Assembly: GCA_002898395.1 (NCBI GenBank)
Contig: BEHE01000004.1
Span: forward strand, 32,001 to 96,000
Length of the DNA: 64,000 nucleotides
Direction: 5' to 3'
Origin: Candidatus Calditenuaceae archaeon HR02
GTDB taxonomy: Archaea > Thermoproteota > Nitrososphaeria_A > Caldarchaeales > Calditenuaceae
The notes under the pieces are model-generated. The model was given only the letters and a program-made list of their open reading frames with translations, did not search any database and was not told the origin of the DNA. A program made the position numbers and the translations under genes. Below are positions 38,140-48,477 of this stretch, in pieces (the first letter of the stretch is position 1; each line of letters starts with the position of its first letter).

Positions 38140-39699
38140 GCTCCTTCTCATAACTGCGGACCTAAGAAGCTCTTCACCCGCTTCTTCCTCTCTACCCTCA
38201 AGCAGGGATATTAGGAAGTTCTCGACAGTGTTGACATATTTCCGGTCTGAGAGTGTCCATGGGCCGCATTTAATTCCGAGCATCTCCTCTGCCGTAGCTA
38301 TATCCTCCATGTAGCTTGGTATAAAGCGTTCTAGAAAGTTAGGTCCAAAGACTTTCTGAACTTGCTGTCCCCGCTCTGCGAGGGTTGAGAGATTCTCCCA
38401 GCTAAAGTGTCTTGCGGCGAAGCTCAGATCATGGACCAAGTTGACATGAAGTTCCCTTACAGAATCATATTCCTCCTCCCCCAACTCTCTAAGGGCTCTT
38501 AAACCAATTAGCTCAGGGGGAAGACCTAGTGAGTAAAAGAATGCGGTAAAGGGTATGGCTCGGGGGAGTGTTGTCTTTCTAAATGACCTATAATAACTGA
38601 ATAGACCTATGTGGAGTTTTCTAGCCCGCCTATGTGGTATGAAACGAGACTTTGAATTTACTTCTTCTGCAGCATTCTCAAGCGAGTCGCCGTAAATTTT
38701 CATGAGCGTTGAGATGGCACTCAATATTATCTCTTCGCCACCTCTATCTATCAAAATCGGGCTGCCATAGGGTAGGTGTGTATTTAGTCTTTCGATTGCT
38801 TTCATAGCAAGTTCGCTAGGATGGTCGTACCTAAACGCAGATTGAATGGTCACCGTCCATACTCCTGCATACTCCTCAACAAACTTCTCTACATTGTTGG
38901 GCGAGTTGTGGCCCCTGAAGGGCAGGCATCCCGCTCCTATGATTGGATATATTGGTATGCCGAGCCTCTCACTTAGTGTCCTGCATTTTGAGAGGGCTAT
39001 TTTTGCCAAGACCGTAGCGGTTATAAACCCATAGGTTAAAGCGGGGTCAGATCGCGCTATGAAAATTCTGAGATAAGGTGGTGCGAATAGCTCGACGTAT
39101 TTGGTGATAATGTCGTCGATTTTTATAATAGTGCCCGCGTCCTCGAAGAGGGGAATTATCTCCAAGTCCTCAGGCGTAACGTCTCCTAAAAGGTCCCTGA
39201 GCGTGAACCCCCTAAAGTCTATTGAGGCGCTAAAAGGTTCTACGACACACCGTCTGTAGACCTCTCTCACCCGAACCATGTCTGTGTGGCTGGATGTAAA
39301 TGGGAGTATGACCTCGAAGACTACGGCCCTGTCGCCGTTGTAGAAGATGCGGGCTACGTCGTTGTGGCGTGGGATTGCTTGGAGGGACTCTAAGAAGACC
39401 TTCCTCTCAGCTATCTCTATCAGGGGATTAGGGACCCTGAACGTAAGGAATACATCGCGGCCTAGAACCTTCTCTCGGAAGTATTCCGGGTATGTGATTA
39501 GCAGCTTCCTCACAACGTAGGGATCTATATCCTTCCCCTCGGCATCCCACATGACCTCTTGGCAACCATACTCGGAGTAGGCGAGGTAGGCCTCTCTAAC
39601 CTCGTCCTCTCCCGCTATCACCTCACCGCTACACCACGGGGGGGAGACCGCGTTGTCCGGGTGCTGAGACGCCATAGTCCTCGGAATTAGTCTCTCCAA
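38131..39699 (-). CDS. ppcA: Archaeal-type phosphoenolpyruvate carboxylase
   Basis: IPRTMASQHPDN, MWDAEGK, IIPLFED, ARSDPA, PFRGH, TIQSAFRYD, LPRAIPFT. Confidence 0.95.
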   Translation of the reverse strand: MERLIPRTMASQHPDNAVSPPWCSGEVIAGEDEVREAYLAYSEYGCQEVMWDAEGKDIDPYVVRKLLITYPEYFREKVLGRDVFLTFRVPNPLIEIAERKVFLESLQAIPRHNDVARIFYNGDRAVVFEVILPFTSSHTDMVRVREVYRRCVVEPFSASIDFRGFTLRDLLGDVTPEDLEIIPLFEDAGTIIKIDDIITKYVELFAPPYLRIFIARSDPALTYGFITATVLAKIALSKCRTLSERLGIPIYPIIGAGCLPFRGHNSPNNVEKFVEEYAGVWTVTIQSAFRYDHPSELAMKAIERLNTHLPYGSPILIDRGGEEIILSAISTLMKIYGDSLENAAEEVNSKSRFIPHRRARKLHIGLFSYYRSFRKTTLPRAIPFTAFFYSLGLPPELIGLRALRELGEEEYDSVRELHVNLVHDLSFAARHFSWENLSTLAERGQQVQKVFGPNFLERFIPSYMEDIATAEEMLGIKCGPWTLSDRKYVNTVENFLISLLEGREEEAGEELLRSAVMRRSLG

Positions 39700-39767
39700 C
39701 CACTTGAAGAGCGAGAAGAACCATTATTTATCTTAATTAGAAGATAGTGTGTTGGACTGTTATAGAT

Positions 39768-39853
39768 GCCGGGGTGGCAGAGTGGATAATGCGCAGGCCT
39801 TGAGAGCCTGTGGCCCATTTCGGGCCGCGAGGGTTCGAATCCCTCCCCCGGCG
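39768..39853 (+). tRNA. tRNA-Ser(TGA)
   Basis: Identical to 18007-18092 except the wobble base (CT-TGA-GA). Confidence 0.96.
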
Positions 39854-40023
39854 TTACTGTTAAATCATTAATAATAAGCATGAAGGGAGGGGGTGAGTTT
39901 TCGTCTGCGCTTCATCATATTTCTGCCGATGCTTTTCTTCAGAATCTCACAAATCTTCCACCAGTCCTTCATTTCTCCTATCTCATCCCTGTGATGCCGT
40001 ATCGTCTGTGTTGAGAGTTCGAT
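39854..40023 (-). mobile_element. Decayed LAGLIDADG element, copy 3 (3'-terminal portion only; 3' of tRNA-Ser TGA)
   Basis: First 37 bp identical to 18093-18129; the rest is the reverse complement of a sequence closely similar to 59113-59255. Confidence 0.8.
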
Positions 40024-40118
40024 ACCCCCGACGCTAGTAGTGGTGCGTATGGTAGGGGGTTTAAATACTGCTCAAAACACCAACAACACATAAACACAGA
40101 ACAGATTATGATGTCCTA

Positions 40119-40163
40119 GATGCAACACAAAACAAAGAAACAAGTCAAAAAGATAGGAGGCTG
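40119..40163 (+). repeat. 45-bp repeat matching 18727-18771 (inverted)
   Basis: 38/45 identity by manual alignment. Confidence 0.7.
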
Positions 40164-40493
40164 GGGATAATCCATTCAGTTCACGGGCGTAGGCATGGCC
40201 CTCCTAAGTATCTGATCTGATATGTTCATAGTTACTGAGTTGGGTGTAGTTGTGACTAATACGATGTTTTCCAGGCCGAGGGGTATTATTTGGCGTCTAC
40301 TCAGTAATGAGAAGATGGGGGAGATACCGCTGCTCAAGAGGTTTAAGCAAACCTAACCCCGTCATGATCGGTTAAACATTTATAGGATCGACTATGTGTA
40401 ATAGCCAGACTCATGACAACACTTATTACATCCATTATAGACCGTTTTTAGCCTGTTCCACATTCTCTAAAAGCTGGCGTCCAGCCCAAGTAT

Positions 40494-42818
40494 CTATCTT
40501 CTGAGCCGAGAAGACTTTAGTGCGGCTATCGCCGCCTGCCCTAGCGCTATTCCGCCATCCCCAGCCGGTACCTCTCTCGGCAAAAGAATGTCGAGCCCTT
40601 TATCCCCGAGAGCCTCCCTAAGACCCTGGTATATGTATTCGTTTACAGCAGCTCCGCCTGATAGGGCTACAAACCTTCGCCCCTCTATAAAGTGGCTAGC
40701 CACAAGTCCGAGACCATATCCTACGGCGTGCTGCACCATGTAGCCTATCTCCCGCCTATCAGCCCCGCCCCTTAAGAGGTCGAGTGCCTGTAGGAGTATC
40801 TCGGCTGTATCTACCGTGTATATCCCCCTGTCTTTGACATGTACCTTAAGCCTCTCTGTGGTTGGCTTTGAGTTGTCCTCGAGCACGATCGCTGGTTCAC
40901 CCTCGTAGGTCCGGCGGCTGCAGAAGCCCAGCATTACAGATGAGGCGTCTAACACTCTGCCAGTGCTCGAAGTGAGTGGTAGGTCGCCTTCGAGTTGGTT
41001 TAACAGGATGTGAAACTCCTCCCATCCTCTCCTAAATCCCCTCTCGACAATTTTCATCTCGCGAAAGACCTCTGAAATCTCTTCTCTAGACAGCTTGTCA
41101 GAGAGTATTCCAGCCAACATTCTTGCAGGATATTCTACCGCTAGGTCTCCTCCCGGCATTTTCTGGGGTTTGAGGCATCCCACCCTCTTGAATCCGTTCA
41201 GACTAGCTAGAAGAACCTCTCCACCCCAGGCTGACCCATCGGACCCAAGCCCAACACCATCAACCGCAATTCCCACCACCTCTTCTTCACAGATACCGTG
41301 CTCCGCCATGACGGCTGCTATGTGAGCCCAGTGGTGCTGAATCTTAAGAAGCTCGGCACCATACTTTCTAGACCATTCTTCGGCGAGAAGCGTGGAGGGG
41401 TAGAGAGGGTGTAAGTCGGCCACCATGACTGAGGACCCAAGAGGTATCTGGTACGTTTTTATTAGTAGTCCCAAATATTTCTCCAAGTCTAGGAAGGACC
41501 CATATTCATCTACGTCACCTATAAACTGTGTCAGGACAATCTTATCATCAAATGCCACTGCGCCCGCGCTCTGCAGCATAGCACCAAACGCAACAACCTT
41601 CCTCGAAGTGTGGAATGGGAGCTGGATCCACCTGGGCGCGTACCCCCTGCCCCTCCTTAGGAGTGTCAACCTATCTGCCGTGAAGCGGGCCACGCTGTCA
41701 TCAACTCGATTCACAATCACTCTATTGTGTGTGAGGAAATAGTCGACTATTCCGCGCAGCCTGTCAAAGGAATCTTCATCGCTAGTGCACATAGGCTCGT
41801 TGTGAGGGTTACCACTCGTCATTATTGCGTATTTATCCCGTATCCAAGATAGGAGAAGGTAGTGTAGGCCGGTGTAGGGGAGGAATACACCTAGCTTCCT
41901 CAGGTTGGGTGCGACGAGGCGGGATATGGGCGCGTCATCAAGCATAGGCAAAAGCAATATAGGCTTCTCAGGTGAGTCAAGTATTCTCACCGCCTCAGGT
42001 CTAAGCTCTACGAGACGCGACACGGTATATATGTCCAAGCACATGACGGCGAAGGGCTTGGTAGGCCTTCTCTTCCTAGACCGAAGCTCAGCCAGAACGT
42101 CGTCATCAGTAGCCAAGGCCGCAATATGATAACCGCCCAACCCCTTTACTGCCACAATATGCCGAGAGTCAATCAGTCTTGCAGCCTCTTCAATAGCACG
42201 TACACCGTCGGCTAAGACTTCACCCCCACTGCTAAGGAGACGGACACTGGGACCACAGACTGGGCAGCTGATCCCCTGAGCATGAAACCTTCTCTCATCC
42301 TCGGGGTTAGAGTATTCTCTGAGACAGCTCTGGCATAAGGGGAAGTCCCTCATCGATGTGTTTTCCCTGTCATATGGAACGCTGTATATCATGGAGTAGC
42401 GCGGTCCACAGAATGCGCAAGAGTTGAACGGGTATAGGTGCCACCTCGTCTCTGATAGTATTTCATATAGACAGTCCCTACATATTGAGAAGTCCGGTGG
42501 AATAATTGATCTGAAGTGAGCTGAGGGGTCGCTTTGCTCGATCTTAAAGTCTGGGTAACCCTTAGGGGTAGTCTGTGTTATCGAGTACTCGTCTATTCGC
42601 GCCTTCTCTGGCTTCAACTCCCACAGCAGTTTGATAAACTCCTCAACCCTCCCAGGTTCCCCTTCTACATGAATCTCGACACCGCTCCCGCCCACGTTCT
42701 TAACGTAGCCGGTTACACCTGCCAGCCTAGCAACTCTAAAAACAAATGGTCTGAAGGCGACGCCCTGCACAATTCCTGAGAGCCTCAGCCTCACAGCCTT
42801 CAAGAGATCCACCGACAA
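40494..42818 (-). CDS. hypF: [NiFe]-hydrogenase maturation carbamoyltransferase
   Basis: Acylphosphatase GIVQGVAFRPFV, zinc fingers CRDC/CAFCGPRY/CQSC/CPVCGP, KGLGGYH, QHHWAH, GDGGIALGQ. Confidence 0.96.
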   Translation of the reverse strand: MSVDLLKAVRLRLSGIVQGVAFRPFVFRVARLAGVTGYVKNVGGSGVEIHVEGEPGRVEEFIKLLWELKPEKARIDEYSITQTTPKGYPDFKIEQSDPSAHFRSIIPPDFSICRDCLYEILSETRWHLYPFNSCAFCGPRYSMIYSVPYDRENTSMRDFPLCQSCLREYSNPEDERRFHAQGISCPVCGPSVRLLSSGGEVLADGVRAIEEAARLIDSRHIVAVKGLGGYHIAALATDDDVLAELRSRKRRPTKPFAVMCLDIYTVSRLVELRPEAVRILDSPEKPILLLPMLDDAPISRLVAPNLRKLGVFLPYTGLHYLLLSWIRDKYAIMTSGNPHNEPMCTSDEDSFDRLRGIVDYFLTHNRVIVNRVDDSVARFTADRLTLLRRGRGYAPRWIQLPFHTSRKVVAFGAMLQSAGAVAFDDKIVLTQFIGDVDEYGSFLDLEKYLGLLIKTYQIPLGSSVMVADLHPLYPSTLLAEEWSRKYGAELLKIQHHWAHIAAVMAEHGICEEEVVGIAVDGVGLGSDGSAWGGEVLLASLNGFKRVGCLKPQKMPGGDLAVEYPARMLAGILSDKLSREEISEVFREMKIVERGFRRGWEEFHILLNQLEGDLPLTSSTGRVLDASSVMLGFCSRRTYEGEPAIVLEDNSKPTTERLKVHVKDRGIYTVDTAEILLQALDLLRGGADRREIGYMVQHAVGYGLGLVASHFIEGRRFVALSGGAAVNEYIYQGLREALGDKGLDILLPREVPAGDGGIALGQAAIAALKSSRLRR

Positions 42819-42910
42819 ATCTGGCCCTGAGAATGTCTACTCATATCGTGCGGGTGTTGCGATATATAAGGATGATAACCTTATTAAATCTTTGAGATGA
42901 TGTTATATTT

Positions 42911-44080
42911 GTGGGGCAGCAAGGCGACTTAAGATACCTCACTAAGAAGATGTTTAGAGACAAAGCACTGGCATCTCAGATAATCAAGATAATCAAAGAG
43001 TATTGGGAGATATTGCGCACTAAAAAAGGTTTTGAAGAGGTTAAGATAATGAATTTTTGTGGTACCCACGAATACACGACAACCCACTACGGGATTAGAA
43101 GTGTACTACCTCCTGGCGTTAACCTTGTAGCGGGACCCGGATGCCCTGTCTGCATCACGCCGTCATTTTACGTGGAGACGGCTGTCAAGCTTGCTTTGGA
43201 GGGTTTAACCCTCTACACTTATGGTGACGCGTATAAGCTCCCGGCTGTAAAGGAGGTGGAGGGGTGTAGGAGCCTCTCAGATGCCCGGATGATGGGTGCT
43301 GATGTACGGGTTGTGTATAGCTTCTTAGACGCTGTAAGAGATGCGGCTAGAGGCGATAAGTCCTCGGTCTTTTTAGCGGTTGGCTTCGAGACAACATGCC
43401 CTGCATACGCCTCGGCAATCGCTAACAGGCTTATCCCCCATAATCTAACACTTATCGTGGCTGGGAGGCTGACACCGCCTGCGGCGAGGTTCGCAGTGGA
43501 GAGGGTGGGGGCTGTTTCGGGCGTTATAGCCCCCGGCCACGTATCCACAATAACCGGCGCAGGCGTCTGGAAGTTCCTCCCCGAGGAGTTCGGCATACCC
43601 ACCGTGGTCTCTGGGTTCGAGCCACTCGATGTGCTGATAGCCATCACTCTAATCCTTAAACAGTTAGTGGAGGGTGAGCCTAAGCTCATTATAGAATATT
43701 CTCGAACGGTGACGATGGAGGGGAATAGACATGCCAAGAGACTACTCTCTGAAGTCTTCGAGACAGTAGACGCTGCTTGGCGGGGAATAGGGTTCATCCC
43801 GAAGAGCGGGTATGCCCTTTACGAAAACCTCAGCCGGTACGATGCATTCAAAGTATACGGCGTCAAGGAGCCGAGTAGGGAAGAGTGGCGACACGACCTA
43901 CTCCCAGGCTGTATGTGTGGGCAGGTGATACTGGGGGCGGCTAAGCCCACCGACTGCAGGCTCTTTATGAAGAGATGTACGCCAGGCACTCCATATGGGC
44001 CTTGTATGGTGTCTGTTGAGGGGGCATGTTCGATCTGGGCTAGGATGGGTGGCCGGGAGGCTCTTGCAGAGGTGGTGTGA
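42911..44080 (+). CDS. hypD: Hydrogenase maturation protein HypD
   Basis: CGTHE, GPGCPVC, GFETT, PGHVS, CMVSVEGAC. Confidence 0.97.
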   Translation: MGQQGDLRYLTKKMFRDKALASQIIKIIKEYWEILRTKKGFEEVKIMNFCGTHEYTTTHYGIRSVLPPGVNLVAGPGCPVCITPSFYVETAVKLALEGLTLYTYGDAYKLPAVKEVEGCRSLSDARMMGADVRVVYSFLDAVRDAARGDKSSVFLAVGFETTCPAYASAIANRLIPHNLTLIVAGRLTPPAARFAVERVGAVSGVIAPGHVSTITGAGVWKFLPEEFGIPTVVSGFEPLDVLIAITLILKQLVEGEPKLIIEYSRTVTMEGNRHAKRLLSEVFETVDAAWRGIGFIPKSGYALYENLSRYDAFKVYGVKEPSREEWRHDLLPGCMCGQVILGAAKPTDCRLFMKRCTPGTPYGPCMVSVEGACSIWARMGGREALAEVV

Positions 44081-44081
44081 C

Positions 44082-44387
44082 TTGTGTTTAGGGGTTTATG
44101 GTAAGGTGGTAAGAGTTGAGGAAGAGTTAGCAGTCGTAGACTTCGGAGGCGGACTGACTAAAGACGCTCTAGTGGGAGTGGAGGAGATTAGAGAAGGAGA
44201 CTATGTGGTGGTTCACGCAGGGACTATAGTTTCGCGGCTCAGCGATGAAGAATTTATGGAGGTCTTCCGGTATGTCGAGGAGGCCGCTAAACAGTTGGCC
44301 CAAATTGAGAGTAGGGCTGCTGAATACTTGGAGAGTATAAAGATGAGACTCGAGAAACTCGAGGAAAACCTCTCGAGACAAAAGTGA
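44082..44387 (+). CDS. hypC: Hydrogenase assembly chaperone HypC (TTG start)
   Basis: MCLGVYGKV..VDFGGG..GDYVVVHAG; N-terminal Cys2 fixes the start at 44082. Confidence 0.93.
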   Translation: MCLGVYGKVVRVEEELAVVDFGGGLTKDALVGVEEIREGDYVVVHAGTIVSRLSDEEFMEVFRYVEEAAKQLAQIESRAAEYLESIKMRLEKLEENLSRQK

Positions 44388-44394
44388 AAACACT

Positions 44395-45420
44395 TTGAGC
44401 AAGATTTCCCTCGCACATGGCTCTGGAGGGATAGAAACCTCCCAGCTACTAACGAGGCTGATACTTAACAGGCTGCCCGAATGGATGAAGAGTCTTAGGG
44501 GAGGCCTAGGCTTAGACTTCCCGGACGACTCGGCTGCAATTCCAATAGGGGAGGGCTATATTGTCACAACAATTGACGCCTACACTGTAAGCCCCATCTT
44601 TTTCCCGGGAGGAGACCTAGGGAAGCTGGCAGCGGCTGGGACGATAAACGACATCCTCATGCTAGGAGGAAGGCCAGTCGCCGTTCTCGACGCAATAGTT
44701 ATTGAGGAGGGGACGAACATAGATGATCTCTCAAGGATAGTTGATTCTATGATCAGTGTTTTGCGGGAGGAAAAGATATGTCTGGTGGGCGGAGACATTA
44801 AGGTAATGCCGAGAGGGCAGCTAGACTCTATTTTAATAACTACTGCAGGCATAGGTGTCGCGTCGAGGATAATAGTAGATAAAAACATCAGACCCGGCGA
44901 CAAGATAATTATATCAGGGTATATTGGTGAACATGGAGCGGCGATTCTGGCTGCCCAACAGGGAATAAAGTCCGATGAGTTTAAGAGCGATGTATCGCCC
45001 CTAACCAAGCTAATGCTACCCCTAATCGAGGGCTATGCTGGAGATATTCACGCTGCTAGGGATCCTACTCGAGGTGGAGTCGCCATGGCATTGAACGACT
45101 GGGCTAGGGGCTCCCAGACAATGATTGTATTGTATGAGTCAGAGTTACCAATAAGAGAACCAGTAGTAAACCTCTGCGAGATGATGGGGGTAGACCCTTT
45201 GAACATAGCCTCTGAAGGCACAACACTACTAGCTGTGTCCCCTGATAAGGCGGAGGAGGTGCTATGCCGAATGCATGAGCTGGGGTATAGGGAGGCGCGT
45301 ATAATAGGAGAGGCTAGGGAGAGAGCCTCTAGCGTCGGGTTGGTTGTCCTTAAAACCTTGATTGGAGGTGCAAGAATACTTGAGCCACCTAGCGGAGAGT
45401 TGGTTCCACGTATCTGCTAA
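44395..45420 (+). CDS. hypE: Hydrogenase maturation carbamoyl dehydratase
   Basis: AHGSGG, PIFFPGGDLGKLA, RDPTRGG, C-terminal PRIC. Confidence 0.97.
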   Translation: MSKISLAHGSGGIETSQLLTRLILNRLPEWMKSLRGGLGLDFPDDSAAIPIGEGYIVTTIDAYTVSPIFFPGGDLGKLAAAGTINDILMLGGRPVAVLDAIVIEEGTNIDDLSRIVDSMISVLREEKICLVGGDIKVMPRGQLDSILITTAGIGVASRIIVDKNIRPGDKIIISGYIGEHGAAILAAQQGIKSDEFKSDVSPLTKLMLPLIEGYAGDIHAARDPTRGGVAMALNDWARGSQTMIVLYESELPIREPVVNLCEMMGVDPLNIASEGTTLLAVSPDKAEEVLCRMHELGYREARIIGEARERASSVGLVVLKTLIGGARILEPPSGELVPRIC

Positions 45421-45436
45421 ATGTTCGGGATAATGA

Positions 45437-47149
45437 TTAGCTGCCGCCAGTTCCGCCAGTTAAGCGGGCTTTCTCCTCATCCCTAAGCACCCTCCTCAGA
45501 ACCTTACCGACCATAGTTGTCGGTAGCTCTTTTCTAAACTCAACCTCCCTTATCGCCTTATACGGCGCGACACGTTCATTCACAAACTTCATAATCTCCT
45601 CCTCGGTTGCCGTAGCACCCTCTCTCAAGACGACAAAAGCCTTAGGGATCTCCCCAGCCACAGAGTCCGGCTTTCCCACCACTGCAGCAAGCTTTACGGC
45701 GGGATGCTCATATAGTATGTCCTCCAGCTCACGCGGGTAAACGCTGTATCCCTTATACTTGATCAGGTCTTTCTTCCGGTCGGTTATATAGAAGTAGCCA
45801 TCCTCATCCATCTTGGCGAGGTCACCGGTGTAGAGCCACCCGTCACGCAGAACCATACTTGTTTCCTCCGGCCTCTTCCAGTACCCCTTCATGACCTGTG
45901 GCCCCTTCACCACTAGCTCCCCGATCTCCCCGACCGGTAGTTCCCGCGTTCCCGTCTCAGCGTCCACTATCTTAGCATCTGTACTGGGCCAGGGTATCCC
46001 TATTGACCCAACCTTGACAGTCTTCATCGTGGGATCTAGTGGGTTACAATGTGTTACTGGCGCCGCCTCGGTTAAACCGTACCCCTCCACCAACACAGCA
46101 CCCGTCAGCTCCATGAATCTTTTCTGGACCTCGGGTGGGAGTGGAGCTGCACCTGAGATGCAGAACTTCACCGATCTTAGATTGTATTTTGAGACTTGGG
46201 GGTGGTTGACTATCATAGCATATAGTGTGGGGACGCCTGGAAATAGTGTGACTTTATACTTTTGTATCGACTTTAACACCTCGAGGACATCGAACCTTGG
46301 CAACACAACCATTGTCCCCCCAGCATAGATTGTGAAATTCATGCTAACAGTCATGCCGTAAATGTGGAAGAAGGGCAGGACGGCGAGCCCCACATCAACA
46401 CCCTTTTCAGCCCTAAGCCAGGCTGCGCATCCAACCGCATTGGCGACTAGGTTCTCGTGTGTCAGCATGGCGCCCTTCGGCAAACCTGTTGTACCGCCGG
46501 TGTATTGTAGCACCGCGAGGTCCTCCTTGGGATTAATTTCTACTGCAGGCGGTTCCGCTGAAGTCCTTTCAACCAGCTCTTTGAAGAAGTAAATATTCGG
46601 TCCCGGCGGTATCTTAGCCGTGGGTATCTTCTTTAGCAGGGTTCCCAGCACCGCTTTGATCCTAGGCATATACTCTCCCAGCCGCGTTACCACAGCAAAC
46701 TTGATCTGGGTTTTCTCCCAAACCTTTTCAAACCTCGGATAGAGGGCGTCGAGCAGGACGATGGCCTTTGCTTCCGAATCTGCTAACTGGAACTCAAGCT
46801 CTCTCTCAACGACCAGAGGGCTAACCCCAGACACAATACCCCCTAGCTTCAGAACGGCATAGTAAGCAATCACGAACTGGGGCATGTTTGGAAGGTAGAG
46901 GGCGACTACATCCCCCTTCCCAATTCCTAGTCGGTGTAGAGCGGTTGCGAAACGATCTACAAGGTTGTTTAACTCGCCATATGAGATCCTCTTCCCAAAG
47001 AAGACGATGCAGGTCTTCGCCGGAAATTCTTTCGCACTCCTCTCTAGGAAGGTGTGCAATGGAACATTCGGATACTCAAGGGTCTTCGGAACACCTTCAG
47101 GCCAAAACTTAAACCAGGGCCTATCCATAAAGCTACTCCTTTCCTCCAT
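45437..47149 (-). CDS. fadD: Long-chain fatty-acid--CoA ligase
   Basis: QYTGGTTGLPKG, EGYGLTE, GPQVMKGYW, YTGD, TDRKKD, VGKVLRR; start at ATG 47149. Confidence 0.9.
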   Translation of the reverse strand: MEERSSFMDRPWFKFWPEGVPKTLEYPNVPLHTFLERSAKEFPAKTCIVFFGKRISYGELNNLVDRFATALHRLGIGKGDVVALYLPNMPQFVIAYYAVLKLGGIVSGVSPLVVERELEFQLADSEAKAIVLLDALYPRFEKVWEKTQIKFAVVTRLGEYMPRIKAVLGTLLKKIPTAKIPPGPNIYFFKELVERTSAEPPAVEINPKEDLAVLQYTGGTTGLPKGAMLTHENLVANAVGCAAWLRAEKGVDVGLAVLPFFHIYGMTVSMNFTIYAGGTMVVLPRFDVLEVLKSIQKYKVTLFPGVPTLYAMIVNHPQVSKYNLRSVKFCISGAAPLPPEVQKRFMELTGAVLVEGYGLTEAAPVTHCNPLDPTMKTVKVGSIGIPWPSTDAKIVDAETGTRELPVGEIGELVVKGPQVMKGYWKRPEETSMVLRDGWLYTGDLAKMDEDGYFYITDRKKDLIKYKGYSVYPRELEDILYEHPAVKLAAVVGKPDSVAGEIPKAFVVLREGATATEEEIMKFVNERVAPYKAIREVEFRKELPTTMVGKVLRRVLRDEEKARLTGGTGGS

Positions 47150-47311
47150 ACATTCCCCTATATATTTTCCTTTATATAAAAACTTTTTACTCGGCTCATA
47201 GAGTGCCGGAAAGTTAGAAGAAAATCTCAACACTGATGAATTCCTGAATTCCGGGCAGTGTGCATTGAACGCTTATATAATTCTAAACACAATATATTAT
47301 ATTGAGCCCAT
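47150..47311. promoter_or_regulatory. Divergent promoter region between fadD and acyl-CoA dehydrogenase
   Basis: AT-rich; TTTATATAAA at ~47171 and TTATATAA at ~47273, each ~25-40 nt from a start codon. Confidence 0.55.
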
Positions 47312-48463
47312 ATGGATTTTAGTCTTAGTGAGGAGCAGTTAGAGATTAAGAGAGCCGTAAGAGAATTTTGCGAGAAGGAGTTTAAGCCCGAGCTCGCGTT
47401 AGAGCTGGACCAGAAAGAGGAGTTCCCCATGGAGCTGTATAGGAAGGCTGCAAGCCTAGGGTTCGTTGGCATCGCAATCCCCGAGCAGTATGGCGGGCAG
47501 GGCTACGGATATCTCGAGGCATGTCTTGTAGTCGAGGAAATGTGTAGGGCTGACTCTTCTCTAGGCCTCGCAACAATGATCGGGTCTTTTGGAAGCGAGC
47601 TCATACTTGCGTATGGCACGGAGGAGCAGAAGGAGAAGTACATCCCAAGGGTCGCGCGCGGAGAGTATATATCGGCCGCGGCCTTTACAGAGCCGGGAAG
47701 GGGCAGCGACCTCACCAAGATGGACACGACCGCTATCAAATACGGTGACGAATGGAGGATAAACGGAACCAAGACCTTCATAACAAATGCTCCTATAGCG
47801 GATTTTATCATAGTTCTTTGCCAGACAGATACCCGTGTCCGGCCGACTTATCGTGGACAAACTCTCTTCGTAGTCGACAAGGGAGTTCCGGGCCTAGAGG
47901 TGACGAAACAGAAGAATAAACTTGGCATAAGGTGTACCGCCACAGGGGAGGTCTCACTCAGGGACGTAAAGGTCTCTGATGCAAACATTGTAGGTCAGCT
48001 CAACCGCGGATTTTATCACTCCCTAGAGTTTTTCGACAGAAGCAGGACCATTGTCGCAGCGCAAGCTGTGGGTACGGCTCAAGGCGCCTTCGAGATAGCG
48101 CTTAGATATGCCAAGACTAGGGAGGCTTTCGGCCAACCTATAATACAGTTCGAAGAGATTGGGTGCAGGCTTGCCGAGATTGCGACCAAAATAGAGGCAG
48201 CGAGACTCCTCACATACAAGGCTGCCTCACTGATTGATAAAGGACAGATGGACCCCATGCTGACATCGATGGCAAAGCTCTACGCCAGTAGGGTTGCTGT
48301 AGAGGCTACTGACGCTGCGATCCAGACGCTCGGAGGCTACGGGTACATGGGCGAATACAGGGTGGAGAAGTATTTCAGGGATGCAAAGATAACAGAGATA
48401 TATGAGGGGACCTCCGAGATACAGAAGCTCACAATATTGAAATACCTGTTACAGAAATACTAG
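47312..48463 (+). CDS. Acyl-CoA dehydrogenase
   Basis: FTEPGRGSD, INGTKTFITNA, REAFGQPI, LGGYGY, ITEIYEGTSEIQ. Confidence 0.95.
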   Translation: MDFSLSEEQLEIKRAVREFCEKEFKPELALELDQKEEFPMELYRKAASLGFVGIAIPEQYGGQGYGYLEACLVVEEMCRADSSLGLATMIGSFGSELILAYGTEEQKEKYIPRVARGEYISAAAFTEPGRGSDLTKMDTTAIKYGDEWRINGTKTFITNAPIADFIIVLCQTDTRVRPTYRGQTLFVVDKGVPGLEVTKQKNKLGIRCTATGEVSLRDVKVSDANIVGQLNRGFYHSLEFFDRSRTIVAAQAVGTAQGAFEIALRYAKTREAFGQPIIQFEEIGCRLAEIATKIEAARLLTYKAASLIDKGQMDPMLTSMAKLYASRVAVEATDAAIQTLGGYGYMGEYRVEKYFRDAKITEIYEGTSEIQKLTILKYLLQKY

Positions 48464-48477
48464 GTGTGTGGTGAAGC

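Noticed and set aside
40222-40356. 44-aa ORF MFIVTELGVVVTNTMFSRPRGIIWRLL..
   Set aside because: No recognisable family or other coding evidence
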